From positions 862,514 through 895,467 of the forward strand of contig RDEW01000020.1 in assembly GCA_011109175.1 (NCBI GenBank): a DNA stretch of 32,954 nucleotides, written 5' to 3'. Each line of letters opens with the position of its first letter. Position 1 is the stretch's first letter. Below are positions 10,983-21,800 of the stretch, in pieces. This DNA comes from Dicyema japonicum. Lineage: Eukaryota > Animalia > Dicyemida. The notes below the pieces were generated by a model, which was not told where the DNA came from, searched no databases, and saw only the letters and a list, made by a program, of their open reading frames with translations. Position numbers and translations under genes: made by a program.

Positions 10983-12816
10983 TTAAACGATTTGACTATT
11001 TTCAATACTCCGATTAGCACAGTCAAAAACTTTAAAGGAGAATCCATTGCTACAAAAAGACCCCTACGAAGTGATCCCTCAAAACTACAGGATTCAAAAC
11101 AATTGTGCCATCTTCACCAGTATTAACACAAAAATCATTGCATCCCCCATCTGCTAACACCAATAGATCAGGATGCGGATACAAATACAACGAGTTATCA
11201 AATCCCCAATAAATGGGAGAAATGTATGGAGTAATAGGACTCACGTGGTATTGTGATAGCATCGTCGTGACCACCTAAAGTTTCAACAGAATGAACATTC
11301 GAGGTCAAGGATCCACTCTTCCGTAAGGAAATTGAAGCCCTTGACATTTTACGGACCACATCGGAACGGCAAACCATAATTGAATAAGAAAACAGTCGAA
11401 TTCGGCAAGGATTCGATGAGAATAATATCGTGGAAGGACTCACAGATCTCAAACCTTCAGTTATTCCTTCAGGAATCATGGGTCTGCATAAAAATACAGC
11501 AAACTGAGGAAGAATGTCTCCAAAAATGGGATCAGATGGACCGGGGACAAACAAAAAAGTGGAGGTTCCGAGAATCCTTCTGTGTTTTACCAGTAAGGCT
11601 CCAAACTTGTCAAAATGTTCTCAAAATAACCCATAAATGTCTCACTTTTTAGTTTTTCAAAATCCACTGTAGAATGGTACTTTTCCATGAAATTACCACA
11701 CAATACAAAAAGAACTGGCGGATGATTCGAATATCCAGAAAATAGCCTGTCCAACTTAGGAAATATCTAAGCTGTTTCCCTGCGTTCTTACTCTTGTATC
11801 GTCCAAGTGAACGTCAGATAAGAAAACCACCATCCCATCCCCACGTGGGTCGGATGCCACCGAACCTAGTAGTCCTAATTCTTCACATCCATTAACTTTG
11901 AGTATCTCCCTACGGTAGATTTCAATAGTTACCTGGAGATGAGCCTGTTTTCAGGAGGAGGATATCCAATTTCACTAGCAAAGAGAACTTTATCCCTGCA
12001 GAAGCCTTCAACCAGAACGAAGGAGCCGTCGCAAAAAAAACCTTCCTGGAATTTCTAAATTCTATTATTGTTGGCAAACCGTTAGTTTCATATTAATTTG
12101 AATTTTGGCGGTCAAATCCTCTAAATACCATTGATCCTTGTGGTAACGTTAGCAAATACCTCCCAAAGTTGGTAAAGCATCCCAAAAACAAGGACCTCTG
12201 AGTTCTCCTCCTTTGAGAGAATCGTTTCGATGTTTTTAAGCTGAATTGATAAAATATTCTACTTTAAATCCCTCCAATGGGTGAAATAAAGGATTCCGTA
12301 AAATACACTAAAATTAGCCAATTTACTCAACTCTATAAATCAGACTGAATCTGGCCCGGAAAAAACTGATTTTGTCGTCGGGTGTAGATAGAATTGATTT
12401 ACGCTCACGTGAGCTATAGATGGCTAATAAATATAAAATACATTTTATATCAGTCCGATGGGCTATCCAAAACAAGTCTGGGCATTTCAAAGGCATCGAA
12501 GACGGATAAAAGTGAGTTGACATGTCAGAAATAATACAAAATCAAACCGATTGTTGGGCAAATGTGGACAGTCCTTAATTAGTTGTTTGCTGACATCCAC
12601 GTCAATGAAAGGCTGTGAAACTATGTTATAACGTGTTAATTACGATTGTGCTTTTGTACGCTATGTAGTAAATATTCGACTATTTCATTACTCTTGCTTA
12701 GTGGCAGCTCACAGATTATGTCATTTATGTAATCACATGCTTCTCTAAAACATATATTTCACGCTTTACTTGTTTATGGCGAATCCGTAAAGTTTGAATT
12801 TAGAAGCCAACGTCAT
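10983..12816 (-). CDS. POLE2: DNA polymerase epsilon subunit 2 (DPB2), 14 introns of 21-28 nt, about 499 codons; one GT-TG intron and one in-frame TGA as assembled
   Basis: Spliced translation: SKFKLYG, VFDAFEMPR, TPDDKISFFRARF, LKNIETIL, WYLEDLT, FLSDVHLD, LCGNF, FVPGPSDP, SNPCRI, PIYWGFDNSLYLYPHPDLLVLAD, NPGSFCSNGFSFKVF. ATG at 12816, TAA at 10983; 1834-334=1500 nt. Confidence 0.93.
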
Positions 12817-12959
12817 GAACTCTTCTTGAATATATTTTATTAATTTTTAATGAGCTCTTTTTCAATATATTTTATTAATTTTTAAATTTTAAGTTTTTAT
12901 GAACTCTAATATAGTCCAATTAAATATTTCTCATCCTCTTATATAAAATATTGTGGTCT

Positions 12960-13490
12960 TCTTGGCTGAACGCAGTGTCTGATGTCTTACTGTGGTATGT
13001 TCGAATCTGAAAGATGGACTTTTCAGTGAGTGAAGGCCAATTCTCGTCAACCGAATCCAACCCATGAGTTCTTCTGGCATGACACAGTTTTTAAAAGGGA
13101 TCTTCATACTTTTATTCCTGACCAACTCTACTAGTGAAGATTTCCATTATGAAGAATTTTCAGCCTAACAATGAAGTGATGCTCTTGACGGTAAGAAAAG
13201 GGCGGAAGCATGTAATGGACTACTTGATGATAGATTTGGTAGGCACAAGCAGCAATGCTTTGTTTGTCACATCTACGTTTTATTCCAAACGAAGTTCCCC
13301 AGGGTTAATACTTGTCTTCTTTGTAAAATTTACATTTAGGCGATCTGCCGACCAACTCCAAGACACTCCAATTGACCAATCAGAATTCTCTCTATTATGC
13401 CGATAAACATGGATCTTCTACGACGTTGAAACCATTTCTATCCACTAATATACTGATATGAAGTAGATGGTGCGTATGATGTCCTCTGTT
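12960..13490 (+). mobile_element. Highly decayed LINE RT relic
   Basis: PNEVPQG*YLSSL*NLHLGDLP..LYYAD resembles GVPQGSxLSPxLFNLYxxDLP..YADD. Confidence 0.5.
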
Positions 13491-14274
13491 CTTGTAATTT
13501 CTCCGAGTTTACAGTAAATAAATTTTTTAGAATCTCCAGAATTTTAAAATGTTCATCTCCCACGCCGAGAGACCAATCTATAGGAACGACCAGGATTTGC
13601 CGTTACTCACTTAATAGCCACTGGTCTCCTACAAGTTAATGATGTCAGGGTAACTTAACTAACCTAGGTGACCAGCTATCATTTTTTATGTAAATGATTT
13701 TTTTTATTTTTATATAATTTGTGGGAGCTGCAGGTAATTACAGCTGGGTGCATGAAGTCCACCAGCCTCTCACATGTTAGTGAGGCTACAATTAAATTAA
13801 GTCCCGAAAATGGCTATTGGTTAATATCATGAGCTAAGAGTTCTCAATTCATGTCTAATTATTTGTGTCATTTTACTACTTATGTTTTTAGCATTTTTGA
13901 CTGTTGAGGCTATTTTTTCACTAAAACATTTAACCAAGTGGTTAGTAGGTAGAAAGCTTATGTACCTTAATTAGACGTTAATTGAAGGGATTACACTATA
14001 TGTCTCCGGAGGTGTTGAAAATGAAAAAATTAAAAAAATGTTTCTACTCTTAAAAATTTGTTTTTTTACTTTTAAAAAAATGTAGTTAGGTTATTGAATG
14101 GTCGAGAAACCTTATAATATTTTATTTGCATCCAAACTACGACAAGAATCTTTCAAAGTTAATAATAATAATAAAGCCTTTTCACGAGAGCCATAGTATT
14201 TATACCTCCGCATAAGGAGGACACACACTTTATTTAAGTAAAAAACAGTTAATTTTAACTAATCGTAGAACCAA

Positions 14275-14436
14275 GGAATGATCTTCACTTCTTTTTATCC
14301 ACTGATGACGGCGTCACTCGTCAAATCCTTTCTGCATCGTAGATGCGTAGAACCTTCCATTAGGTGAACAGCAGCAAGATTTGAACCCGTAGCCTAAGCC
14401 ACTTTAGCCCGACACCTAACAACTATGCCACCCGGC
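14275..14436 (-). mobile_element. tRNA-derived SINE with the best-preserved head
   Basis: Minus strand gccgggTGGCATAGTTGttaggtgtcgggctaaagtggcttaggctacGGGTTCAAATCttgctgctgttcacc: Pol III A and B boxes, then the body shared with the other copies. Confidence 0.7.
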
Positions 14437-14544
14437 TTTCAAAGTTAGTGACTGAAATAAAACAAAAAAATTATTAAACGAAGTAGTTTTAATATCACTT
14501 TTCATTCAGACGAAAATTGGTTTAATCAAAACCATATTTGGTGG

Positions 14545-14900
14545 AATAAAAAAGCCATTCCCTGCTCTCGGTATTCTCTATAAGCAATCATCGAGCCGAT
14601 TATCAGTTATGCCTGTGCAGCATTAAGAATTAATTTCTCGTGGACAAACCGTCTTAAAGTTGATTTCACTCTGTCGAGCTGCGACTACCATAATGCACAT
14701 CGCTAAGCTGAACAATATTCTACCCAGTCTGTTTGACGATCTTATCAAGCAAAATGGCAAGAGTTTCTTAACCCTCCAGCAACACCTGTCGTCGACAGAC
14801 CGTCCTGTGTAAAGCAATTTCCAGAAGAACATCACCTCAGTTGGTCTTCTCACGAACACTATCCCCCGCCCGTACCGTGAATGTGTTGGGTCAAAAATCC
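14545..14900 (+). mobile_element. I-like LINE relic (post-RT region)
   Basis: DNA homology to 10150-10260 (tataagcaat..catcgagccgattatcagttatgcctgtg vs tataaacaattcattgaaccatgcatctcttatgcatgtg). Confidence 0.55.
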
Positions 14901-15029
14901 AACATCAGGAGAAGCTGAAAAAGCTGAATTTTGAATCCAAGATTTGGCCTTTGCAGTTGATATTACCGCACATTTGAACGACCTTAATTTGGAATTGCAG
15001 GGCAAAAATAAGCTCATAACTCAGTTGTC

Positions 15030-15738
15030 AGATAATATCAAGTGTTTTATTTAGAGAATAAAATTATGAAAGTCTCAGCTATTAAATGAAGATTTAGTTC
15101 ATTTTTCTACGTTTAAAGAACTGAGGGGTACTGTTGATGCACACACTGTAATGAATTTTTCTAAGTATGAAGGACAACTGGATTTGTTGTTAAAAGAATT
15201 TCCTAAAAGATTTAATGATTTCTCTTTTTTTGAATAAGAATTTTCATTATTCACAACACCATTCGCTTTCGATGCTTCCAAAGTTTACAAATGGAATTGT
15301 TGGAAATCCAATCGGATTCTATACTAAAGGCTAAATATTTGGAGGTTGGAATACCTGCTTTCTTTTCACATCTTCCTGAAAAATTTAAGAACTTTAAAAA
15401 TTTTGCTACGAAAATAATTGCTATGTTTGGTATGTGTGTGAACAACTTTTTTCATTTATGAAATTAACAAAAACTGTTCAAAGAACAAGACTCACTGATA
15501 AAAATTTATCGGCTTTAATAAAAGTCGGGACTACACGAATAGTTGAGCTCGGCATATCAAAAATTGTATTCGAAGAAAGATATCAATCCTCCAAAAGTTG
15601 CTCTAAGCACGACTAAAAGATGGTGATTACATATTTAGTTTTCCCTTATTTTTGGTTTTTCATTAAAATAAATAATCTTTCCTTATAAAAAAATATTATA
15701 AATGCGGCCCTCGAAGCTAAATGAGTTTGACACCCCTG
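15030..15738 (+). mobile_element. hAT (Charlie/SPIN, GTF2IRD2-like) transposon 3' half with terminal inverted repeat
   Basis: LLKEFPKRFNDF, QMELLEIQSDSILKAKY, KIIAMFG..CEQLFSFMKLTKT..RTRLTD (hAT dimerisation domain); ends gagtttgacacccctg (reverse complement CAGGGGTGTCAAACTC) at 15723-15738. Confidence 0.88.
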
Positions 15739-16063
15739 TTATAGACGAAACAATTGATATAGAGTCCGAAAATAATATCTATAGTGGATATTCAGAAACG
15801 GAGAATATTGAAAACGTCGTAGAGGAAACAAAGGATCTGCTAAACAATTTGGAAGAAAAAATTTCACATGTGCATAAAACATGCTGCGAGACTACTATGA
15901 TTTCCGGCTAAAATTAACAAATGATATACGACAAAACTCTAAAACTAAAATAACTGATTATTTTGACAAAAATTTTATTTGATGTTAATTATTGATTCAA
16001 TTTCAGAAATAATAATAAACCCCTGTTTTTGGGGCACTAAGTGCCCCATTAGGGGTCGGACTG

Positions 16064-16129
16064 TATGGATTCACTCTGATTACTTCTGAAGGTAAATTAA
16101 AACCACAGTGTGTCCTGTGTTCTGAGGTA
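16064..16129 (+). mobile_element. hAT (Buster/Charlie) transposase N-terminal relic
   Basis: YGFTLITSEGKLKPQCVLCSEV matches the YGF..KPQCVxCxEV zinc-finger motif. Confidence 0.6.
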
Positions 16130-16142
16130 CATCATGTACATA

Positions 16143-16410
16143 TTTACAATCGGACAATGTTACAGAGTTCAATAATTTTAATTACAGAGAAAAGAACAAC
16201 AAAATGGCAATATGATGAAGATAGCATAAACTGTCGCGAGCGCAGAAAGCGACTTTGACATCTGTCAAACCTATCATCAACCTGTCAATCTAATTGATGA
16301 CTAATCGATAAAGGAATAAAAAGACTTCAAGAATTGTCATATGACAAAGTTATGCAAAGAATTTAATGTGACGCAAATACATGGAAGACCCGACAATCCC
16401 CAAAGTCAGG
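16143..16410 (+). mobile_element. Ginger/KRBA2-like DDE integrase relic (second piece at about 17195-17225)
   Basis: LQSDNVTEFNN and KLCKEFNVTQIHGRPDNPQSQG; tacaatcggacaatgttacagagttca recurs at about 17198-17224. Confidence 0.65.
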
Positions 16411-16651
16411 GCTGTTTTTTATATAACCAAACGCCTCACTCATCCACAGGTAAATTTTTTCTTATATTTTTTCGTAGGAGTTAGTCCGTTCCAAAGATAT
16501 CGTGGGATTCCAAGATTTAATACTGTAGTAAAAAACAATACTGAACAAGACAAACATTCAGAAAAGGTTTTGTATTTAAATATATTTTAGATGAATTTGA
16601 TTTTAATTTTCCAAAAATTAATTTGGAGTCCTTATTTTAATTTGAAAATCA

Positions 16652-16965
16652 AATGATCTGGGACGCGACGTGTGTTGATACTTATTCCCCGTCTAATTTG
16701 GTTGCTTCTGCTTCAGACCAGGAAATGCTTCAAAGCAGGCCGAGGAACGAAAGAGGAGGAAGTACCAGAAAATTTCGGAGGAGTATCTTTTTGTTCCATT
16801 CGCGGTGGGAACGTCAGGAATCCTTGGCCCCAAGCAGATGAGTTGGTTCGTATGATCGGCTCCATGATTCAAGCTGTGACCAAGGATCCGCGAGAGACTG
16901 GTTGGTTTCGAGAACGTATTTCGTTGGCTATTGTTAGGGGAAATAGCATGGCAGATGCATAATAG
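16652..16965 (+). mobile_element. CRE-clade LINE restriction-like endonuclease C-terminal fragment
   Basis: IWDATCVDTYSPSN, AEERKRRKY, FVPFAVGTSG, WFRERISLAIVRGN. Confidence 0.85.
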
Positions 16966-17369
16966 CTTATGCATCTCCCAACAGCTGACTTCTATTGTTT
17001 AAATATAATTTCAATTTTCCTAAAATTAATTTGGAGTCCTCATATTATAAAAAAATGAATTGGAAAATGGGAGTACATCGCTCAAAATATGATTTGGATG
17101 TTGGAGATATTGTATTCTATTTTTTAATTACTTAAAAGGCTCGCATTCAAAAGATTATGGGACGAATCTTCTCTTAGATTAACAAAGTTCGAACATCCGT
17201 ACAATCGGACAATGTTACAGAGTTCAGGGGATCCAGTTACTATAGTTAAAAAATTGTCTAACAATTTTGTCAATGTGGAAAATAGCGATGGACCGGTAAT
17301 GAAAATACATTTAAAAAGACTTAATTAGTTGAATGTAGTCACTAATATCAGTTAAAAATAATAATTATT

Positions 17370-17960
17370 CGGTTCCAGTTGGGGAGTCTCTGTTCCTTGG
17401 TTCTCCTATATTCGAAGACCGAATTGTGGAGGTGTTTAAAGAAAGGACAATAGAGCTCGATACTTTTGTGACCCGTTTGCGGCATGTTGACAACCATATT
17501 GCCCTCTTCCTATTGAGAAACTGCTTGTCCATTACGAGATTAAACTATTTACTAAGGACTGCACCATGTTATAAGTGTGATTCCCTTTTAATGGAATACT
17601 CTGATTGCCTCAAAAGATGTACTGAATTCGTACTTAACGTTCCCCTTGACACCCCTGGATGGATACAGACTCAATTACCGATATCATTGGGTGGAATCGG
17701 TCTTACTACTCCCTGCCAAATTTCTGGCCCGGCGTATTTTGCTCAAAACTTTCATGCAAAAACCAAGTGGACTCAATTCTTTCAAAGCTTCATGTCGGAA
17801 ACTGTCCAATGACTTGGTTGAATACATGGACGTGTGGCGTAGTGAAGGGCTTAGCGAGCCGCGTAATCCAGACCAACAATCGTCTTGGATGATCCATAGA
17901 TGGAATGCTCTGACATCCAACCTAGTCAGCGGCTCTCTGGACAACAAAATTTTATTCCAC
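17370..17960 (+). mobile_element. CRE-clade LINE RT thumb-region fragment
   Basis: LFLGSPI..HIALFLLRNCLSITRLNYLLRTAPC..WIQTQLPISLGGIGL, colinear with 30735-31832. Confidence 0.85.
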
Positions 17961-18074
17961 AAGTTCTAAATTCAGCATATTGCAAGAGATGAACAGAAGG
18001 AGGATTTTTAATCAATAAAATTGATTTTTCATTTGGGATTTCGGAAATTCTACGTAAGTTTTAAATAATCATTT

Positions 18075-18295
18075 GGTGCGTAGATAGCTTCACCCCTTCC
18101 AATATTACAATGAGTGCGACAAATCCAGGCTCAGCTGCAGAGAAAGCAGAAATACTTAAAGCAAAGAAGTACACATGCCTCTGCGAGCAGTACACATTTG
18201 AACCAGTCGCAGTCGAAACTTCGGGAGTCATAGGAAGCATGTCGTTAGCCCTGCTCAACAAAATTGGATCGTTAGTCGGTAAAAGGAAGAATTTA
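18075..18295 (+). mobile_element. CRE endonuclease fragment closely related to the 30735-31832 copy
   Basis: SNITMSATNPGSAAEKAEILKAKKYTCLCEQYTFEPVAVETSG vs ...GSASEKAEILKAKKYTCLGEQYTFEPFAVETSE. Confidence 0.9.
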
Positions 18296-18334
18296 TTAGA
18301 ATTATTTTCGAATATTAGCAAATTAAACAGACTT

Positions 18335-18425
18335 GACTAGTGACGCCGTCATCAGTGGACATTCAGGAACTGATAGTCTAAAAGACATACACCCAAGAAA
18401 AAGAAAACAGAGAAGTGATGAATTA
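18335..18425 (+). mobile_element. SINE 3' fragment
   Basis: ttgactagtgacgccgtcatcagtgga matches the SINE body ttgacgagtgacgccgtcatcagtgga. Confidence 0.5.
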
Positions 18426-18779
18426 CTTTTTTCTCACTTTTTTTTGATAACACCAATTGGGAGTGATGACAAATACAATCGACGGATGAATACAAGAATG
18501 AAATATTAACCGAGGCTGATGATGAAGTTTATTTTGATTTTTGTATGGTTCGTAAAAAGAATTCAAAATTAATTATAAAACAAAAATTGCTAAAGATACA
18601 AAACATGGTCAATTTTTAAAAAAAATCTCGGTAAAAAGTATAAAACGAGCAAAAGTATCTTCTCAAATAATCATTAATTACAAGCACTACTTCTCGCATT
18701 AAACAAAATTTGGTTTATTATTTTGACGTGGAATTAACTGAATGCGAACGAAACAAGTAATCATGCGATCCATATAATC

Positions 18780-19060
18780 AATCTTCTACACAAGATAAAT
18801 CGTCTAAATAGATTAGTTTTTGAAACTTTTCTACGTTTGAGAGATGAATTTCTTCTTATTTCTGGAACCATATAAAAATTCATTCAAAAAAAATTTCTAC
18901 AAAAATAAATCATGAATCATTTAAGGCATCAAATGGATGGCTCGACCGGTTCAAAAAAAGGCACGAGTTGCTATTCAAAACTATTATTGGGGAAACGAAT
19001 TCGTCTGACCTTAATTAGAAACATTCGAAATGGTTACAAAATTGGAGAAAAAACCCGATT
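18780..19060 (+). mobile_element. pogo/Tigger transposase relic (CENP-B HTH)
   Basis: RLVFETFLRLRDEFLLISG and FKASNGWLDRFKKRHELLFKTIIGE. Confidence 0.75.
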
Positions 19061-19297
19061 ACTTCGTTAAAGAGCGACTTGATGGATACTATTAATCATA
19101 AAATCTCTTACCTTTTTTTACATTTATATAGTTTAAAATAAAATATTTTAGAATGGAAAAAACAATAGCCCTGTTTTCGGAGCACAAAGTGCCCCAAACG
19201 GGGTAACACTGTAATGGGTAGAGGCATAATCATTGTTTTCCAAAAAAGATTTCAATAAAATTTCGATATAGTCATAAAAATATAAATTTTTTCGAAA

Positions 19298-19719
19298 AAA
19301 TTAGAAAAACTGATCACAGTAAATACAGAAAAAATCAAATAGTGGAGAATAATCCATATTTATAGGTCACCAAAAATATATATTTAATAGACATTTCGAT
19401 AACAGGATCCAACACTATATGATGATTTCAATAATATATATAATATTGAATAAAATGTATGATAATACGACAGAAAAATACAATAAAATACAATAAAATA
19501 GAAAACAAACCACCAACCACAATAACGTGGCAATTGCACGCCAATTGATATACAAATATATTAATAGGTTCGCCATATTGTAAAACAATTTTTAAAAATA
19601 AATAAATAAATATTAAATTAACATAAAAATTTTTTTCCTCGACTCTCAATGTCCGGGGGCTTTCCATTATATGAAAAAAAGAAATTTCTGTGAAGACCTA
19701 CCAAAATACGAAATTTCGT
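19298..19719. repeat. Unclassified AT-rich dispersed repeat, copy 1 (copy 2 at 26421-26937; 26-bp piece at 25489-25514)
   Basis: Near-identical to 26421-26937 apart from a 124-bp viral insert and small indels. Confidence 0.9.
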
Positions 19720-19934
19720 TCAGATCTCTTCAAGAGACAAAATATACAATTGTTTAGAAGAACAACGTGGTGATTTCAGGCTAATTCTTGACAAGCTGCT
19801 GGACAAGACAAATAGTCGTTATAGATAGAAGCCAACTTGTAGTTGAGAAGTCAACTTGAGATCGGCAGGTTAAAAATTATAAACCAGGTTCAACCATTAG
19901 CAAAAGGGAATGTTGTCATCCCAATCATAATTAA

Positions 19935-20052
19935 TAACGTTATTTTAAATAAATTTTTTCCAAATAAACCAATTTTATTTAACACAAAAACTAACAGTTT
20001 ACAACTGCCGGCTGCTCTCATAATTGAGAACGCAATTCCCCTGACGATTTGA
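19935..20052 (-). mobile_element. CRE 3' terminal fragment
   Basis: QIVRGIAFSIMRAAGS plus AATAAA-containing 3' UTR, homologous to HIVRGNALSILRAASSL* at 30735. Confidence 0.65.
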
Positions 20053-20689
20053 AGGAATTTAAAGGAAATTAATCGTAATTATGGTAACTTTAATCAGAAT
20101 GAGGTCTCATTCCGACCTACAGGCATTTAGCGCTCAATGAGAGTTTATATTAGTCAATGTCTTGACCGTACTCTCAGTCTATCAATTCTACCTCGTGGAC
20201 GACCTCAATGAACAACGGAGACGTGCGAGGAGGAAACTTACATGGAGGGAACTTGTAGAACGGATAGTGAAGATCACGGCACAAACGGAACCCTATTCAT
20301 ATGCTTATGTGTAACCCGAAAGTGCATTTGAATAAAAAACTTCGTAACTATTACCTTCTTTCTCTGTGTTTCCTGTGGTTATGTAATTAAATAAATAAAA
20401 ATTTAAAATCTTGAGAAAGTTTATCAGATTATGTAGCATAGATGCCTTCTATGACCAACATTCTAAAAGCATTTATCTCTTCCTTGACCTTTTTTCATAA
20501 TGGCAGATATGGATGGACGTGATGCTTGGAAAGGATGCGTCCAATCGTTGTAACTTATATGCCTTAATTAGACGTTTATTGATGGTTCATTATCTGGTTC
20601 ATTACGTCTCAAAGCCACTTATCAGTGAAATTTATTATCAGTTCCGACTTTGATCAGGGATAACTAGTGTTCATCAGTCAGCATTGTTT

Positions 20690-21480
20690 TCTGAAAAAAT
20701 TTTTTGATTTGATGAAAGGAACGCAACTGTTCACACACATAGGTGGAACCATAATCCTCGTTAAAACTTTTTGAGGTTTGTAAAGTTTTCAGGAAGGTAT
20801 GAATAAAAGCCAGGTATCAACACTTCGAGGTATTTTGCTCTGAGTGTAGAATCAGACTGCATTTCTAATAGTTCCATCTGATAGTTTTCATGTGCTTTGA
20901 CAACATCAGATGTTAAATGACGAAAATAATGTAAATTGGAATTCAATGTAAATACTAATTACAGATTCAGAATTGGCATGTGTTTTGAGTTCTTTGCAGT
21001 TAAGAAAGTGAAGCAAATATTTATTGTGACTTCCATAAGCTTAGTGAGTGATGAGTTTGTTTTTGACTTTTAATTTCAAATTAAAGGTCACTCAGATGTG
21101 GAGTAATGTCCACAGCAAATCTAGATCCTGGATCCAACTTTCATGTTTGTTTCATCTGTGTTTTTGCCTTTCATCTAAAAAAAACGATTTTTAGTCTCAT
21201 GAAATAAAATCGTTTGAGCATTTTGTGACACGACAATCGATGGTCTGCTGAATAGAATAGAGCATCCGTGAACTGATTATTATTTTAGCTGCTGAAAGTG
21301 GTTGACTATATAACAATCCTTTGTGCGGGCCGAACGCCTGCTTGCAAAGAACGCGTAACTAAGAACACAATTTGTTGTTAAACTACTGCGATAGGTGGTT
21401 GACCTTGTCCACTTGAGTGAGTAGGTAATGAAGGGGTTAATCAAAATACAAAGTGACTTAATAAAAATACAAGGTTTGAA
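20690..21480 (-). mobile_element. hAT transposase relic, same family as 15030-15738
   Basis: YQMELLEMQSDSTLRAKYLEV..GSTYVCEQL; upstream LTQVDKVNHL..LCKQAFGPHKGLLY. Confidence 0.75.
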
Positions 21481-21559
21481 CGAACAACTCACAATGAACT
21501 GGATTAGTGTATGCTATAGTTCAGATGAATACTCAATTTATTCATCACAGTAACTGCAT

Positions 21560-21800
21560 GCTGATGAACCACACAAACATACACAGTTTGTGTAGGTACT
21601 CGACAAAATGAGATGATCAACTGAATCATAAACTTTCTTCATATACACCAAAATTAAAAAAATGAATTTCCATGAGATACAGAAAGTCACTTGTTGATCC
21701 AAGCCAGCTCTTTTACCCCCCGACAATTTCATAGTTCCCAACTGATTATCGGAGAGAATTCCATTGGTCTCTACAAGCCTCTAATCTCCTGACCTCACTA
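21560..21800 (-). mobile_element. RT relic, possibly R4/Dong-like
   Basis: ETNGILSDNQLG..MKKVYDSVDH resembles E.NxIL..EQxG..DYKKAYDSVPH. Confidence 0.35.

Noticed and set aside
12450-12452. Genome-wide UGA reassignment to Trp/Cys or selenocysteine
   Set aside because: Only one instance, at a non-Trp, non-Cys position; tryptophans elsewhere use TGG and ALIX appears to terminate at TGA.
14295-14345. Hammerhead ribozyme in the SINE body (CTGATGA on the strand antisense to the SINE)
   Set aside because: CTGATGA is followed by a stem but then TCAAA/TCAAG rather than the required GAAA; stems I and III cannot be built.
14365-14436. Functional tRNA gene
   Set aside because: A and B boxes are present but no paired acceptor stem or clean anticodon arm; it continues into a repeated body, so it is a SINE head.
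15702-15911. 69-aa acidic ORF
   Set aside because: It starts inside the hAT TIR and crosses the element boundary, so it is a chance fusion; no recognisable domain.
19298-19667. Mitochondrial insertion (NUMT), since reading TGA as Trp gives a long hydrophobic ORF
   Set aside because: No recognisable respiratory-chain motif; hydrophobicity is expected from T-rich sequence, and the second copy has frameshifting indels.
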